Assembly (NCBI GenBank): GCA_963751275.1
Contig: CAVVTZ010000006.1
Span: 1-64,000, forward strand
Direction: 5' to 3'
DNA: 64,000 nt
Source of the DNA: an uncultured Gemmatimonadaceae bacterium
GTDB taxonomy: Bacteria; Gemmatimonadota; Gemmatimonadetes; Gemmatimonadales; Gemmatimonadaceae
Notes under the pieces: generated by a model
The model's input: the letters and a program-made list of their open reading frames with translations, nothing else
The model's database searches: none
What the model was told of the DNA's origin: nothing
Position numbers and translations under genes: made by a program
In this document: piece after piece, positions 43,448-54,221 of the stretch
Layout of the letters: each line of letters opens with the position of its first letter
Position numbering within the stretch: position 1 is the stretch's first letter

Positions 43448-45661
43448 ATGCCGTCAGCTCAGCAGACGCTCATCGCCGTCCCCCTCGCCGTCATCGCCAC
43501 CGCCGCCGCGACCTGGGCCATCGAGCCCGCCGCGACGCTCACCGCGGCGCCACCCGGCGAACTCAGCGGGTGGGTGGATCTGCACACGCACCCCATGGTC
43601 AATCTCGCGTTCAGCGGGAAGCTCGTGTACGGCGGCGTCGATGTCGGCTCGCTCATGCCGGCCGGACGTGCATTGCAATCACAACGTGCGCGCGTCGAGC
43701 TGGCAGGAGGCGCTCAGCGATGACCGCGCTGACGCGAGCGGGCCGAACCTGTTCGACAACGGGTGCGGCGACGAGATCCGGAAGGCCGTGATCCAGGCGT
43801 TGCAGTCGGCGAACGATGCGCTCTCGACGCCGGACCACGCGCGCGGCGCCGACGACTTCGCGAGCTGGCCCGCGTGGAACGACATCACGCACCAGAAGAT
43901 GTGGGTGGACTGGATCCGCCGCGCGCATGACGGCGGCCAGCGCGTGATGGTCGCGCTCGCCGTGAACAACAAGACGCTGGCCGATGCCCTCGCGGGGCCG
44001 GGCGATTTCGCGACGGATGACAAGTCGTCCACGGATCTGCAGATCACGGAGATGAAGGCCTTCGTCGGCCGGCACAACGACTTCATGGAAGTCGCGTACA
44101 GCCCCGCCGACCTGCACCGCATCGTCTCCGCGAACAAGCTCGCGGTGATCATCGGCGTGGAGGTGGACAACTTCGGGAACTTCAACACGGATCCCGGCGT
44201 GAACGAGCAAAAGGTGAGCGACGAGATCGACCGCCTCTACGGCGAGGGCGTGCGCTACATCTTCCCGATCCACGTGCTCGACAACGTATTCGGCGGCACG
44301 GCCGTCTACACCGGCGGGTTCAACCTCTCGAATTACCGCGAAGAGGGGCACTTCTGGGATCTCACGTGCTCGCACAACGGCGAGCAGATCACCTACAAGT
44401 ACACGGCGGACGGATTCGACGTCGCGGTGGCGGCGGTGAAGGCGATCAAGCTGGGCATGGACATCGCGCGCAATCCGCCCACGCCGCCCACCTGCCCCGC
44501 CGGCACGGGTCACGTGAACACGCGCGGGCTCACGGCGCTCGGCACGTACGCGATCAACACGATCATGAAGAAGGGAATGCTCATCGACATCGACCACATG
44601 TCGCGGCTTAGCGCCGACTCCAGCGATCAAGCTCGCGGAGGCGGTGCCGGAGGGCGGCTATCCCCTGATCTCCGGGCACAACGGCATGCGCGGACGCATG
44701 GGCCAGAATTCCGAGAACGCGCGCACATCGGCGCAGTTCGAGCAAGATCGTCGCGCTGCATGGGATGTTCGGCCTCGGCACCGCGCACCAGAATGCCTAC
44801 CAGTGGATCGGCAACTATGCGGCCGCGGTGTACGTGACGCGAACGCCGGGCGCCGTGGCGATGGGGACGGACCTGAACGGACTGGTCGTGGCGCCGGGCC
44901 CGCGCGCCGGCTCGCACGTCGCGTACAGCTCGAGCAATCCGATGAGCAGCCTGGGCGGAAAGCAGTGGAATTACAACACGGACGGCGTGGCGCACTACGG
45001 CATGCTCGCGGACTTCCTGCAGGACGCGCGCTCGGCGCCGGGCGGCAACGACATGATCAACAACTATCTGATGCACAGCGCCGAGTATTTCTATCAGATG
45101 TGGCTGCGCGCGGAGACGCAGATGAACAACGTGGGCAAGTCGCCGACCGTTGCGATGGCGCAGCGGGTTCCGGTGGCGGTGGTGGCGGCGGGACCGATCG
45201 CGCAGCAGAACGCCGGAGCGGTCAAGACCAACGCGCCGACGATGAACAAGCAGGTGGTGGCGCAGCCGGTGAACAAGGGCGCGGTGGCGGTGAATGCGCC
45301 GCCGACGGCGGCGGCGTCCGCCGCGACGATGAAGGCCGCGCCGGTGGGTGTCGTGGCCGCAGGCGCGACGGCCAAGCCGCAGCTCAAGCTGCGGATCTCG
45401 CAGGGGCCGGGCACGTCACAGGGGACGTGGTACGTGATCGTGACCGCCGTCGATTCCGTGACGGGCGCGATGCACGCCGGGACGATCCAGATCAATGGCG
45501 TGAAGGGAACGACGGGACAGCGCGTCCAGTTCAAGGAGTGCACGACTACCACCGCCGCGAATCCGAACCAACCGCCACGGATCAGCCCGGCGAAGTGTCA
45601 GGGGGCGGTGGCGGTGGCGAGCTATCCGACTGCCGCTTTCTTCGCGGGACCGGGGAACTGA
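43448..45661 (+). CDS. Secreted amidohydrolase / membrane-dipeptidase-like protein with C-terminal extension (frameshifts at about 43665, 44625, 44745)
   Basis: DLHTHP, IGVEVD, FPIH, IDIDHMS, SGH, GTDLNG, GVAHYGML. Confidence 0.8.
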
Positions 45662-45683
45662 CTACCGACGACAAGGGCAACGA

Positions 45684-45798
45684 CCGGGAACCGATTACCG
45701 GGAACCGGTGAGGCATGACAACGACATGGTATACGACTGTGCGGAGTCGTAGACCATGTGTTGTCATGCCACACCGGTTCCCGGTAATCGGTTCCCGG
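45684..45798. repeat. Long palindrome with GGGAACC heptamers
   Basis: CCGGGAACCGATTACCGGGAACCGGTG...CACCGGTTCCCGGTAATCGGTTCCCGG, between convergent genes. Confidence 0.88.
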
Positions 45799-45818
45799 CT
45801 TGCAGTTATCTCCAGCGC

Positions 45819-48800
45819 TCAGGGCTCGTCGGGATCCTCGTCGTCCGCCTCTTCGCGAACATTGCCGGATGGTTTCGCGGCACCCTTCGCGGATCCGCTC
45901 TTATCCGCCGGGCACATCGCGGCCGTCACTCCCGCCGCGGCCGGGATCGCCTTCCCGCCGTCCTTCGCGATCGCGGCGTTCAGCGTCGTCAGATCCGCGC
46001 CGTTCAAGTTCTTCCACCGCGCGATCGTGCCATTCAAGTCGTGGCAACTCGCCGTGAATCCCTGCCCCATCGCTTCGGTCGGCGCGAGATCGCCGTTCTC
46101 CTGCGCACCGTACTGTCCTTCGAGTTGCGAGTGCACCGAGAAGAATGTCGGCGCGGGGCGCGCGGTGGGGCGCCCGAAGAAGCGGCGCCCGCCTTCGGCG
46201 TTCCCGCCAATGCTGTCGACGCGCAAACGGAACGCGGCGATCATCTTCGCGACATCCGATCGTCGAGTCGGTCCCCTTCGCCGAATCGAGCGCGGCGCGC
46301 ATCGCGGCGGCCTGCTGATAGCCGTCCCACGCGACCTGCATCGCACCCATCGTCTTCCTGATCAGCGCGTACTGCGCGGTCAGGTCCGCGGTGGTCGCGG
46401 GAGAGCGCGGATCGTTCGTGACGGCCAGCGTCTGCGTGTACACCGTGCCGTTCACGGTGAGTTTGATCGTGTAGGTGCCCGGCGGGACGAGCGTGCCCAG
46501 CGGCGACGCCGGCGTCAGTCCGGGATTCGCGTTGATCTCAAAGGTATGCGTGAACGCATTGGGCGCGTCCGTGCGCAGATCCCAGTTCGTGCGGTTCGTG
46601 CCTTCTTCCGCCGGCATCGGCTTCGGCGTCTCGATCCAGAAATTCGGCTCCGGCGGCTGCGCCGCTTCCTTCACCGGCGCGATGGGCGCGCTCGAGAGAT
46701 GGCGCACCACTGCGCCGGACGCATCGAGCACATCCAGCGTGATCACGCCGTCCGGCTTCGACGCGAGCCAGTAATAGATGATCGCCCCGTCGGGCGGATT
46801 CAGCGCGTGCGGCACTTCCGGTGGGAACGGCGTATTGTAGCCGACGTTCCGCCGCACCCGCACGGCCGGGTCGGGCTTGAACAGATGCACCGGCTCCGCG
46901 GCGATGGCCGGCGTCATCTGCCGCAGCACCGCCGCATCATCCAGGATCCAGATGCCGCGGCCGTACGAGCCGACGATGAGATCGTTCCCCGCGAAGGTGA
47001 TGTCGCGGTAGGAGGTGAGCGGCAGATTGAGTTGCAGCGACTGCCATTCGTCGCCGTCGCTGAACGAGACGTACACGCCGCTCTCCGTGCCCGCGTAGAG
47101 CAGCCCCGCCTTCTTCGGATCGGCGCGGACGACGCGCACCGCGCTCCCGCCCGGCGCATTCGTGGCCAAGCCGTTGGTGATGGCCGTCCACGTCTTGCCG
47201 AAGTCGCGCGTGCGGAAGACGTACGGCGCGTAGTCGCCATAGCGGAGCACGTTCACCGCGGCGTACGCGGTGCCCGCGTCGGCCGGCGACAGGCTGAGTC
47301 CCTCGACGAGCGCGCGCGTGGCGTACGGCAGGTTCGGGATCGACGCATCGGTCCACGTCTTGCCGTTGTCGCGCGTGAGCTTGATCAAGCCGTTGTTCGT
47401 GCCCACCCAGATCGTCCCCTTCGCCACCGCCGACGCGGCGATCACTTCGATCGCGCCCGGCGGTGGCGCGTTCATCGGCGGGATCACGGAATCCGGCGGC
47501 GGAGTGACGCCGGCGGGATACGTGAGGTCGGGGCTGATCTGCTTCCAGTGCCCGCCGCCGTCGGTGGTGGTGAACACGAATTGGAAACCGGTGATCAGTT
47601 CGTGCTGGTCCCACGGCGCCCACACCAGCGGCTGCGAGGACGTGGTGCGCAGCCGCACCGCGCTGTTCGCGGCCGGGCTCACGGAGATCCACTGCTCGCT
47701 CGGATAGCTGATCTTGTTGATGCCGTTGCCGCTCGCATACACGATCTTCGGGTTCAGCGGATCGGGGATGACGGTGCCCCACTCCCAGCCGTTCACCGGA
47801 TCCCAGTCGAGGGGCGTGATCGCGCCGAGGTTGCCGCGGCTGCGCGTGCGGATCGCGCCGGCGTCCTGCTGCGTGGCGTACACCCAGTAGCCGAACGAAT
47901 TGTCGGTGGAGATGTGGTAGACCTGCTCGTTGTTCTGATTGTACCAGGAGCTCCACGTGGCGCCGCCGTCGAGCGAGACGATCGCGCCCTGGTCGTAGCC
48001 GAGCAGAATGCGTTTGCCGTTCGTGGGATCGATCCAGTTCGCCTGCGGATCGTCGCCGCCGGGCGCACCTTTGAATCCGGTGAACGTGGCGCCGCCGTCG
48101 GTGGACTTGTACGACGCGGTGTTGAAGGTGTAGACGACGTCGGGGTCCTTGGGATCCACGAAGAGCCCGCAGTTGTAGCCGCCCTGGCCGTTGCGGATGC
48201 GGCGGTCCGACGGGTCCATCTGCTTCCACGACGCGCCGCCGTCGTCCGAGCGGTAGAGGCCGTCGTTCGTGATGAGATAGACGCGCTGCGCGTTGGTGTT
48301 CATCGCGACCGCGATGGCGGTGCGTCCGCTCCAGCGCGGGAGCCCGCCGCCGGTGATCTCCGTCCAGGTGACGCCGCCGTCGATCGACTTGTAGAGTGCG
48401 CTGCCGGTGGGCGAGCCCGGTGGAGCCGGCGGGGTCATGGGCGAGACGCCGTTCGGCGGCAGCGGCGGGAAGTAATGCTTCACCGTGGTGGCGAAGACGA
48501 CGTCGGGGCGGTCATACGCGCTCGCGAGGGCCTGCACGCCGGTGGAGTCGTTCACGAAGAGCGTGCGCGTCCACGTCGCGCCGCCATCGGCGGTGCGGTA
48601 CACGCCGCGCGTGTCGCTCTTGGCGTGGAGATTCCCCTGGGTGGCGACCAGCACCGTGCCGGCGTCGCGCGGATCGACGAGGATCGCGGGGATCTGCTTC
48701 GTGGAGTGGAGCCCCATGTGCGTCCAGGTGCGTCCCGCGTCGATCGACTTGTAGATGCCGTTCCCTTCGTTGATCGTGCCGCCGGTGACCTGATCGCCGG

Positions 48801-49110
48801 TGCCGACCCAGACGACGTTCGGATCGGACGGGGCGACGGCGACCGAGCCAATGGAGGAGACGCCCGGGACGCCGTCGAACACCGGATACCACACTTCGCC
48901 GGCACTCGTGGTCTTCCACACGCCGCCCGCCGGCGTGCCCACATAGAAGGTGCCCGCCTCACCGATCGCGCCCGATGCGGCGGAGATCCGGCCGCCACGG
49001 AAAGGGCCAATGCTGCGCCAGACAAGACCGTGGAGCATGTCGATGGGGACCGGCGCGGCGGCGATCACGGCGACGGCGGCGAGGGCGAAGAGCGAACGAA
49101 GCTTGGTCAT
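45819..49110 (-). CDS. BNR/Asp-box (VPS10-like) glycoside hydrolase-like protein (frameshift at about 46255)
   Basis: WRSIGPFRGGRI; many SxDGGxTW Asp-boxes; signal peptide. Confidence 0.88.
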
Positions 49111-49126
49111 ACCGACTCCGAGTAAG

Positions 49127-49320
49127 GGCGAGAATAGAACCGCTGACGGCGAGACTGACACCGCTGACGGCGAATATGGCACCGCTCTAACGGCGCCTGT
49201 GATCGTTGACGTGTGGCACCAGCGCCCACACGCGCGTTCGCAGTTGCCACACGTCAACGATCACAGGCGCTGTCAGCGTTGTCACTCTCGCCGCCAGTGG
49301 TGTTACACTCGCCGTCAGCC
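49127..49320. repeat. Palindrome with 21-nt tandem units
   Basis: GGCGA..ACCGCTGAC units x3; perfect 26-bp inverted repeat 49193-49218 / 49245-49270. Confidence 0.85.
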
Positions 49321-49407
49321 TTCCCTACGGCGAAAGTGGGCCGTGCGTTGCATCCCTATCATTCGAGGGCCATCTTAGTCCCTCCCCAACCTAACAGCGC
49401 AGGCACC

Positions 49408-50205
49408 ATGTCGAAGGCCGCAACGAGAGCCACCATCGGACTCAACGGGCAGCCCCTGCCCATCCTCCCCCCCGACCGCGATGCGCGCGTCTGGGCGCGG
49501 CTCGTGCGTGTGATGTTCTATACGCCGGGCTTCATGGCCATCCTGCTCATCAAGACCGGGGAGCCCGCGGGTTTCGGCATCTCGGTCGAGCTGCTCATGC
49601 TCTCGAGCGCGTCGGCGATCGTGGCCGGCCTGTTCATCGGCACGCAGTCCGCGGCGGGCGGCGCGACGGCGTCGTCGCGCGTCGGCAATTGGAGCGGCGC
49701 TCTCGTGCTCGAATTGCTGAGCGCGGTGCCCTTCCTCTGTGCCCTGCCCTCGCTCTTCCACGAACTGGCGACGAGCAATCTGCTGCACGCCGCCGCGCCC
49801 AGCGCCATCGACACCAGCCTCGGCGCGTCCGAACTGCTGCCGCTGGTGGCGGTGCTGCCCTTCGTGCTCTACCAGCTGAGCGGCTTCGGCACGATGAGCT
49901 ATGTGCTGCCGAAAGCGGTGGACTGGCTGGTCAACATGTCGATCGTCCTGCTGATCGTCACGAGCTACTATTTCAACCGCACGGCCGACTACGCGAACGA
50001 GCGCCACGCGGTGGGGCTGCTCGTGATGATCATGGCGCTCACGGTGATCTACGGGGTGCTCAAGCTGCGGACGCTGCAGGCGGCGTATGATCTGAACGCG
50101 CCGCCCGAGCCGGAGCCGAAGAAGAAGGACAAGAAGGACAAGAAGGACAAGAAGCACAAACATCATCATGACGATGAAGAGCCCGAGGTCTCACCGGCAG
50201 CCTGA
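49408..50205 (+). CDS. Hypothetical membrane protein with a Lys/Asp/His-rich tail
   Basis: About seven hydrophobic segments; KKKDKKDKKDKKHKHHHDDEE. Confidence 0.75.
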   Translation: MSKAATRATIGLNGQPLPILPPDRDARVWARLVRVMFYTPGFMAILLIKTGEPAGFGISVELLMLSSASAIVAGLFIGTQSAAGGATASSRVGNWSGALVLELLSAVPFLCALPSLFHELATSNLLHAAAPSAIDTSLGASELLPLVAVLPFVLYQLSGFGTMSYVLPKAVDWLVNMSIVLLIVTSYYFNRTADYANERHAVGLLVMIMALTVIYGVLKLRTLQAAYDLNAPPEPEPKKKDKKDKKDKKHKHHHDDEEPEVSPAA

Positions 50206-50220
50206 CGATATCCGAGCGAA

Positions 50221-50308
50221 CTGCATTTGACAGGATGAACATGATGGACATGATGAACGCGCACGCGTGCGTTCATCATGTCCATCATGTTCATCCTGTC
50301 AAATGCAG
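50221..50308. repeat. Palindromic family C, perfect 40-bp stem
   Basis: CTGCATTTGACAGGATGAACATGATGGACATGATGAACGC and its exact reverse complement, between convergent genes. Confidence 0.92.
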
Positions 50309-50896
50309 CTAGTTGAGTGGATATCCGAGCGCCCTTATCTGCTCGCCGCTCATCTGGATGATGTCGACTTTGACCGTCACCGGCACATTCGGCTCATTCG
50401 TCTTCGTGTTCTGCGGCAGCGCGGTGAATGCCTCCACCACATCCATCCCCTTGATCACCTGGCCATACACGGTGTAGTGATCGTCCAGCCGCTTGAGGCC
50501 GTTCTTGTTGGTCACGATGTAGAACTGGCAGATCGCCGAGAGTTGCCCGGGATTGTCGTCACGCCCCGCGGCGAATGACCCGTACACGTGGCGGATGCTG
50601 TCGCGGAATTCGGGCGCGAGCAGATACGTCGTGTCGTGGAAGCCCGCGGGCGTGTCGGGGCAGCCGCCTTGCGCCACGAAATTCGGCACCACACGATTGA
50701 AGGTGAGTGTGTCGAAGTAGTGCGCGTTCGCGAGCTTGATGAAGCCCGCCTTGTGGTGCGGCGTCGTGTCGAAGAGCAGTACGAGGATCTCGCCCTGCGG
50801 TGTTCGGATGCGGGCGACGTCGTGCGTCTTGGCTCCGACCGCGGCCGTCAAGACCAGCGGCAGCGCGAGCAGGGAGAGCGAGAGGATCCGGCGCAT
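50309..50896 (-). CDS. Cyclophilin-type peptidyl-prolyl isomerase (secreted)
   Basis: FNRVVPNFVAQGG, QFYIV, LDDHYTVYGQVIKGMDVV. Confidence 0.92.
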   Translation of the reverse strand: MRRILSLSLLALPLVLTAAVGAKTHDVARIRTPQGEILVLLFDTTPHHKAGFIKLANAHYFDTLTFNRVVPNFVAQGGCPDTPAGFHDTTYLLAPEFRDSIRHVYGSFAAGRDDNPGQLSAICQFYIVTNKNGLKRLDDHYTVYGQVIKGMDVVEAFTALPQNTKTNEPNVPVTVKVDIIQMSGEQIRALGYPLN

Positions 50897-50972
50897 GCCC
50901 GCGAATTATGCGCCGATCCGCGCCCCCCGCAAGTCGCTTGACCCGCCCCGCCCGGAGCGATTGATTTTCGTC

Positions 50973-52371
50973 GTGTCCAACGATCAGCTCATCGACCGCC
51001 TGGCCGGGCTGCGCGTGCTGCAAGGCGTGCCGCGCGAGGAACTCGCGTGGCTCGCGGCGCACGGCGAACTCTTGAGTTTCCAGAAGGGGGAGGTCCTGTC
51101 GCCGCTCACCAGGCCGCCGCTCGGGCTCTACCTCATCCTGTCCGGCCATCTCGTCCATCGATGTGGACCGGGGCTCCGGACCGCAGCGGATCCTTGAGTG
51201 GCACGAGGGCGGCGTGACGGGACTCCTGCCGTACTCGCGCATGGGCAAGCCGCCGGGCGAGACGCGGCTCCTGATGGACAGCGAATTCCTCCTGATCCTC
51301 AGCGAGCAATTCCCCGAGTTGATCCGCGAGTGCTATCACGTCACGGCGGCCTGCGTGCACGTGATGCTCGACCGCGCGCGGGCGTTCAACACGAGCGACA
51401 TGCACGAGGAGAAGATGGCGTCGCTCGGCAAGCTCGCGGCGGGCCTCGCGCACGAGCTCAACAATCCGGCGTCGGCGGTGGCGCGCAGCGCCGAGGGACT
51501 CGGCGAGCGGCTGCAGGACGTCGAGAACGCGTCACGCGCGCTGGGAGCGCTGCGCCTCAGCGACGCACAGCTCAAGGCGCTCGATCGCGCGCGCGAGCTG
51601 TGCCTCGCCGCCGGGGGCGCCACCTTCGGGACGTCGCCGCTCGCGCAGGCCGACCGCGAGGACGCGATCACCGACTGGCTCGAACGCCGCAACGCGAACG
51701 TGACGTCGGCGTACTCACTGGCCGGATCGTCGGTGACGATCGACGCGCTGGATGAGCTCGCCGAGCAGCTGGACGGCGAGGCGCTCGAGACCGCGCTGCG
51801 ATGGCTCGTCGCGGGCTGCACGAGCTACCAGCTCGCGAGGGAGATCGAGATGGCCGCGAGCCGGATCTACACTCTCGTGGCGGCCGTGAAGGGCTTCACG
51901 TACATGGACCAGGCGACGATGCCCAAGCCGGTGGACGTGGCGAAGGGGCTCACCGATACGCTCGCCGTGCTCAACGCGAAGGCGCGCGGGCGGAATGTGG
52001 CGGTCACCGTGGAGGTCGAGCCGGAGCTGCCGCGCGTGCCGGGCTACGGCGGCGAACTGAACCAGGTGTGGGCGAACCTCGTGGACAATGCGCTGGATGT
52101 CGCGAAGACCGGCGTCGCGATCTCGGCGGCCCGCGAGGGACGCAACGTGATCGTGCGCGTGACCGATGACGGCCCCGGGATCCCCGATGAGCTCCGCGCG
52201 CGGATCTTCGACCCGTTCTTCACGACCAAGCCCGTGGGCAAGGGCACCGGCCTCGGCCTCGACATCGCGCGCCGCCTCGTTCGCCGTCATCACGGCGACA
52301 TCGCCGTCGCATCGCACCCCGGACGCACGGAGTTCACCGTGACGCTGCCGCTGGGCGCGGAGGGCGCGTGA
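50973..52371 (+). CDS. Histidine kinase with an N-terminal cNMP-binding-like domain (frameshift at about 51160)
   Basis: LAHELNNP H-box, [26 protein letters not shown]. Confidence 0.92.
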
Positions 52372-52372
52372 G

Positions 52373-54034
52373 ATGACGAAGCCCGTGATCCTCACCGTGG
52401 ACGATGACGCCGAAGTGCTCGCGGCGATCGAGCGCGACCTGCGCACGCACTATCGCGAGGACTATCGGATCCTGAAGGCGCACTCCGGCGCGGAAGCGCT
52501 GGACATGGCGCGCGAACTGAAGCAGCGCGGCACCGCGGTCGCGCTCTTCCTGGTGGACCAGCGGATGCCCGGCATGACCGGCGTCGAGCTGCTGCGCGAG
52601 GCGAAGAAGCTGCATCCCGAGGCGCGCAAGGTGCTGCTCACCGCCTATGCGGACACGACGGCGGCGATCGAGAGCATCAACGACGTGGGACTCGATCACT
52701 ATCTGATGAAGCCGTGGTCGCCGCCGGCGGACCGGCTCTATCCGATCCTCGACGAGCTGCTCTCCGAGTGGACCGCGCACGTGCGGCTCCCCTTCGACGG
52801 CCTGCGCGTGCTGGGCGCGCGCTGGTCGCGCCCGTGCTATGCCACGAAGGAGTTCCTCTCGCGCAATCACGTGCCGTACCAGTGGGTGGACATCGACTCG
52901 GACGCGCCGATGCGCGAACTGGCGGTCTCGATCACCGGCGATGTGACCAAGCTGCCGGTGGTGCTGTTCGCGGACGGCAGCCAGCTGGTGCAGCCGTCGA
53001 ACATCGAGCTGGCGAAGAAGGCCGGCTTGCGAACGCAGGCGGACAAACCGTTCTACGATCTGATCATCATCGGCGGCGGGCCGGCCGGTCTCGCGAACGC
53101 GGTGTACGGCGCGAGCGAAGGACTCCGCACGCTGCTCATCGAGCAGAGCGCGCCCGGCGGACAGGCCGGCACGAGTTCCCGAATCGAGAATTACCTCGGC
53201 TTCCCCTCGGGGATATCCGGCGCCGACCTCGCGCAGCGCGCGGCGACGCAGGCGCTCCGCTTCGGCGCCGAGATCCTCACGGCGCAGGAAGTGGTGAGCG
53301 TGCGGCGCGAGGATCCCTACCGGATCGTGAAGCTCGCGGACGGCAGCGAGGTGTCGGGCTACGCGGTGCTGCTCTCCACCGGCATGTCAGGGAAGAAGTT
53401 CGACGTGCCGGGCATCGAGCCGCTGGTGGGCGCCGGAGTGTACTACGGCGCGGCGATGACGGAGGCCGCGACCTACCGTGGGCAGGATGTGTGCATCATC
53501 GGCGGCGCGAACTCCGCCGGACAGGGCGCCCTGTTCTTCTCGCGGCACGCGCGCAAGGTGGTGATGATCGTGCGCGCCGCGAGCCTCGAGAAGTCGATGT
53601 CGCAGTATCTCGTCGCGCGCATCAAGGCGACGGAGAACATCGAAGTGCTGGCGAACGCCGAGGTGATCTCGGCGCACGGCAGCGGGCGCCTGGAGCACGT
53701 GGTCACGCGGAACGCCGCGACGGGCGCCGAGGCGCCGATGGACACCGCGGCGATGTTCATCTTCGTGGGCGTGGCGCCGCGCACGGAGATGCTCGCCGGC
53801 TTCGTCGAGCGTGACGAGGCGGGGTTCATCGTGACGGGGCCCGACCTGAAGCGCGTGAACGGCAAACCCGCGGGATGGACGCTCGAGCGGGACCCATTCG
53901 TGTTCGAGACGAATGTGCCGGGAGTGTTCGCGGCGGGCGACGTACGATTCGGCGCCAACCGGCGGGTGGCGGCGGCGGTTGGCGAGGGTTCCGCGGCCAT
54001 CTACACGATCCACCGGTATCTCGACACCGTGTAA
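52373..54034 (+). CDS. Response-regulator receiver / glutaredoxin-like / thioredoxin-reductase-like fusion
   Basis: VDDD, DQRMP, KPW; GGGPAG FAD motif; GGANSAGQ; GVFAAGDVR. Confidence 0.92.
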   Translation: MTKPVILTVDDDAEVLAAIERDLRTHYREDYRILKAHSGAEALDMARELKQRGTAVALFLVDQRMPGMTGVELLREAKKLHPEARKVLLTAYADTTAAIESINDVGLDHYLMKPWSPPADRLYPILDELLSEWTAHVRLPFDGLRVLGARWSRPCYATKEFLSRNHVPYQWVDIDSDAPMRELAVSITGDVTKLPVVLFADGSQLVQPSNIELAKKAGLRTQADKPFYDLIIIGGGPAGLANAVYGASEGLRTLLIEQSAPGGQAGTSSRIENYLGFPSGISGADLAQRAATQALRFGAEILTAQEVVSVRREDPYRIVKLADGSEVSGYAVLLSTGMSGKKFDVPGIEPLVGAGVYYGAAMTEAATYRGQDVCIIGGANSAGQGALFFSRHARKVVMIVRAASLEKSMSQYLVARIKATENIEVLANAEVISAHGSGRLEHVVTRNAATGAEAPMDTAAMFIFVGVAPRTEMLAGFVERDEAGFIVTGPDLKRVNGKPAGWTLERDPFVFETNVPGVFAAGDVRFGANRRVAAAVGEGSAAIYTIHRYLDTV

Positions 54035-54036
54035 CT

Positions 54037-54220
54037 GCGCGTGTGGGTACTAGTACAGCTGAAACCGCGCGTCTGGGAGGCAGCGTGTGGTACGGCTCGG
54101 CGTGAGTAGCTGCGGCCACTCCCTCCTACTTCCCACACGCGCCCCGTCACTCACGCTGTGCAGTACTACACGCTGCCTACCAGACGCGCCGCTATAGCGG
54201 TACTAGGCCCTTCACGCGCA
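54037..54220. repeat. Palindromic family D, copy 2
   Basis: Same arms and core as copy 1; between convergent genes. Confidence 0.9.
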
Positions 54221-54221
54221 C

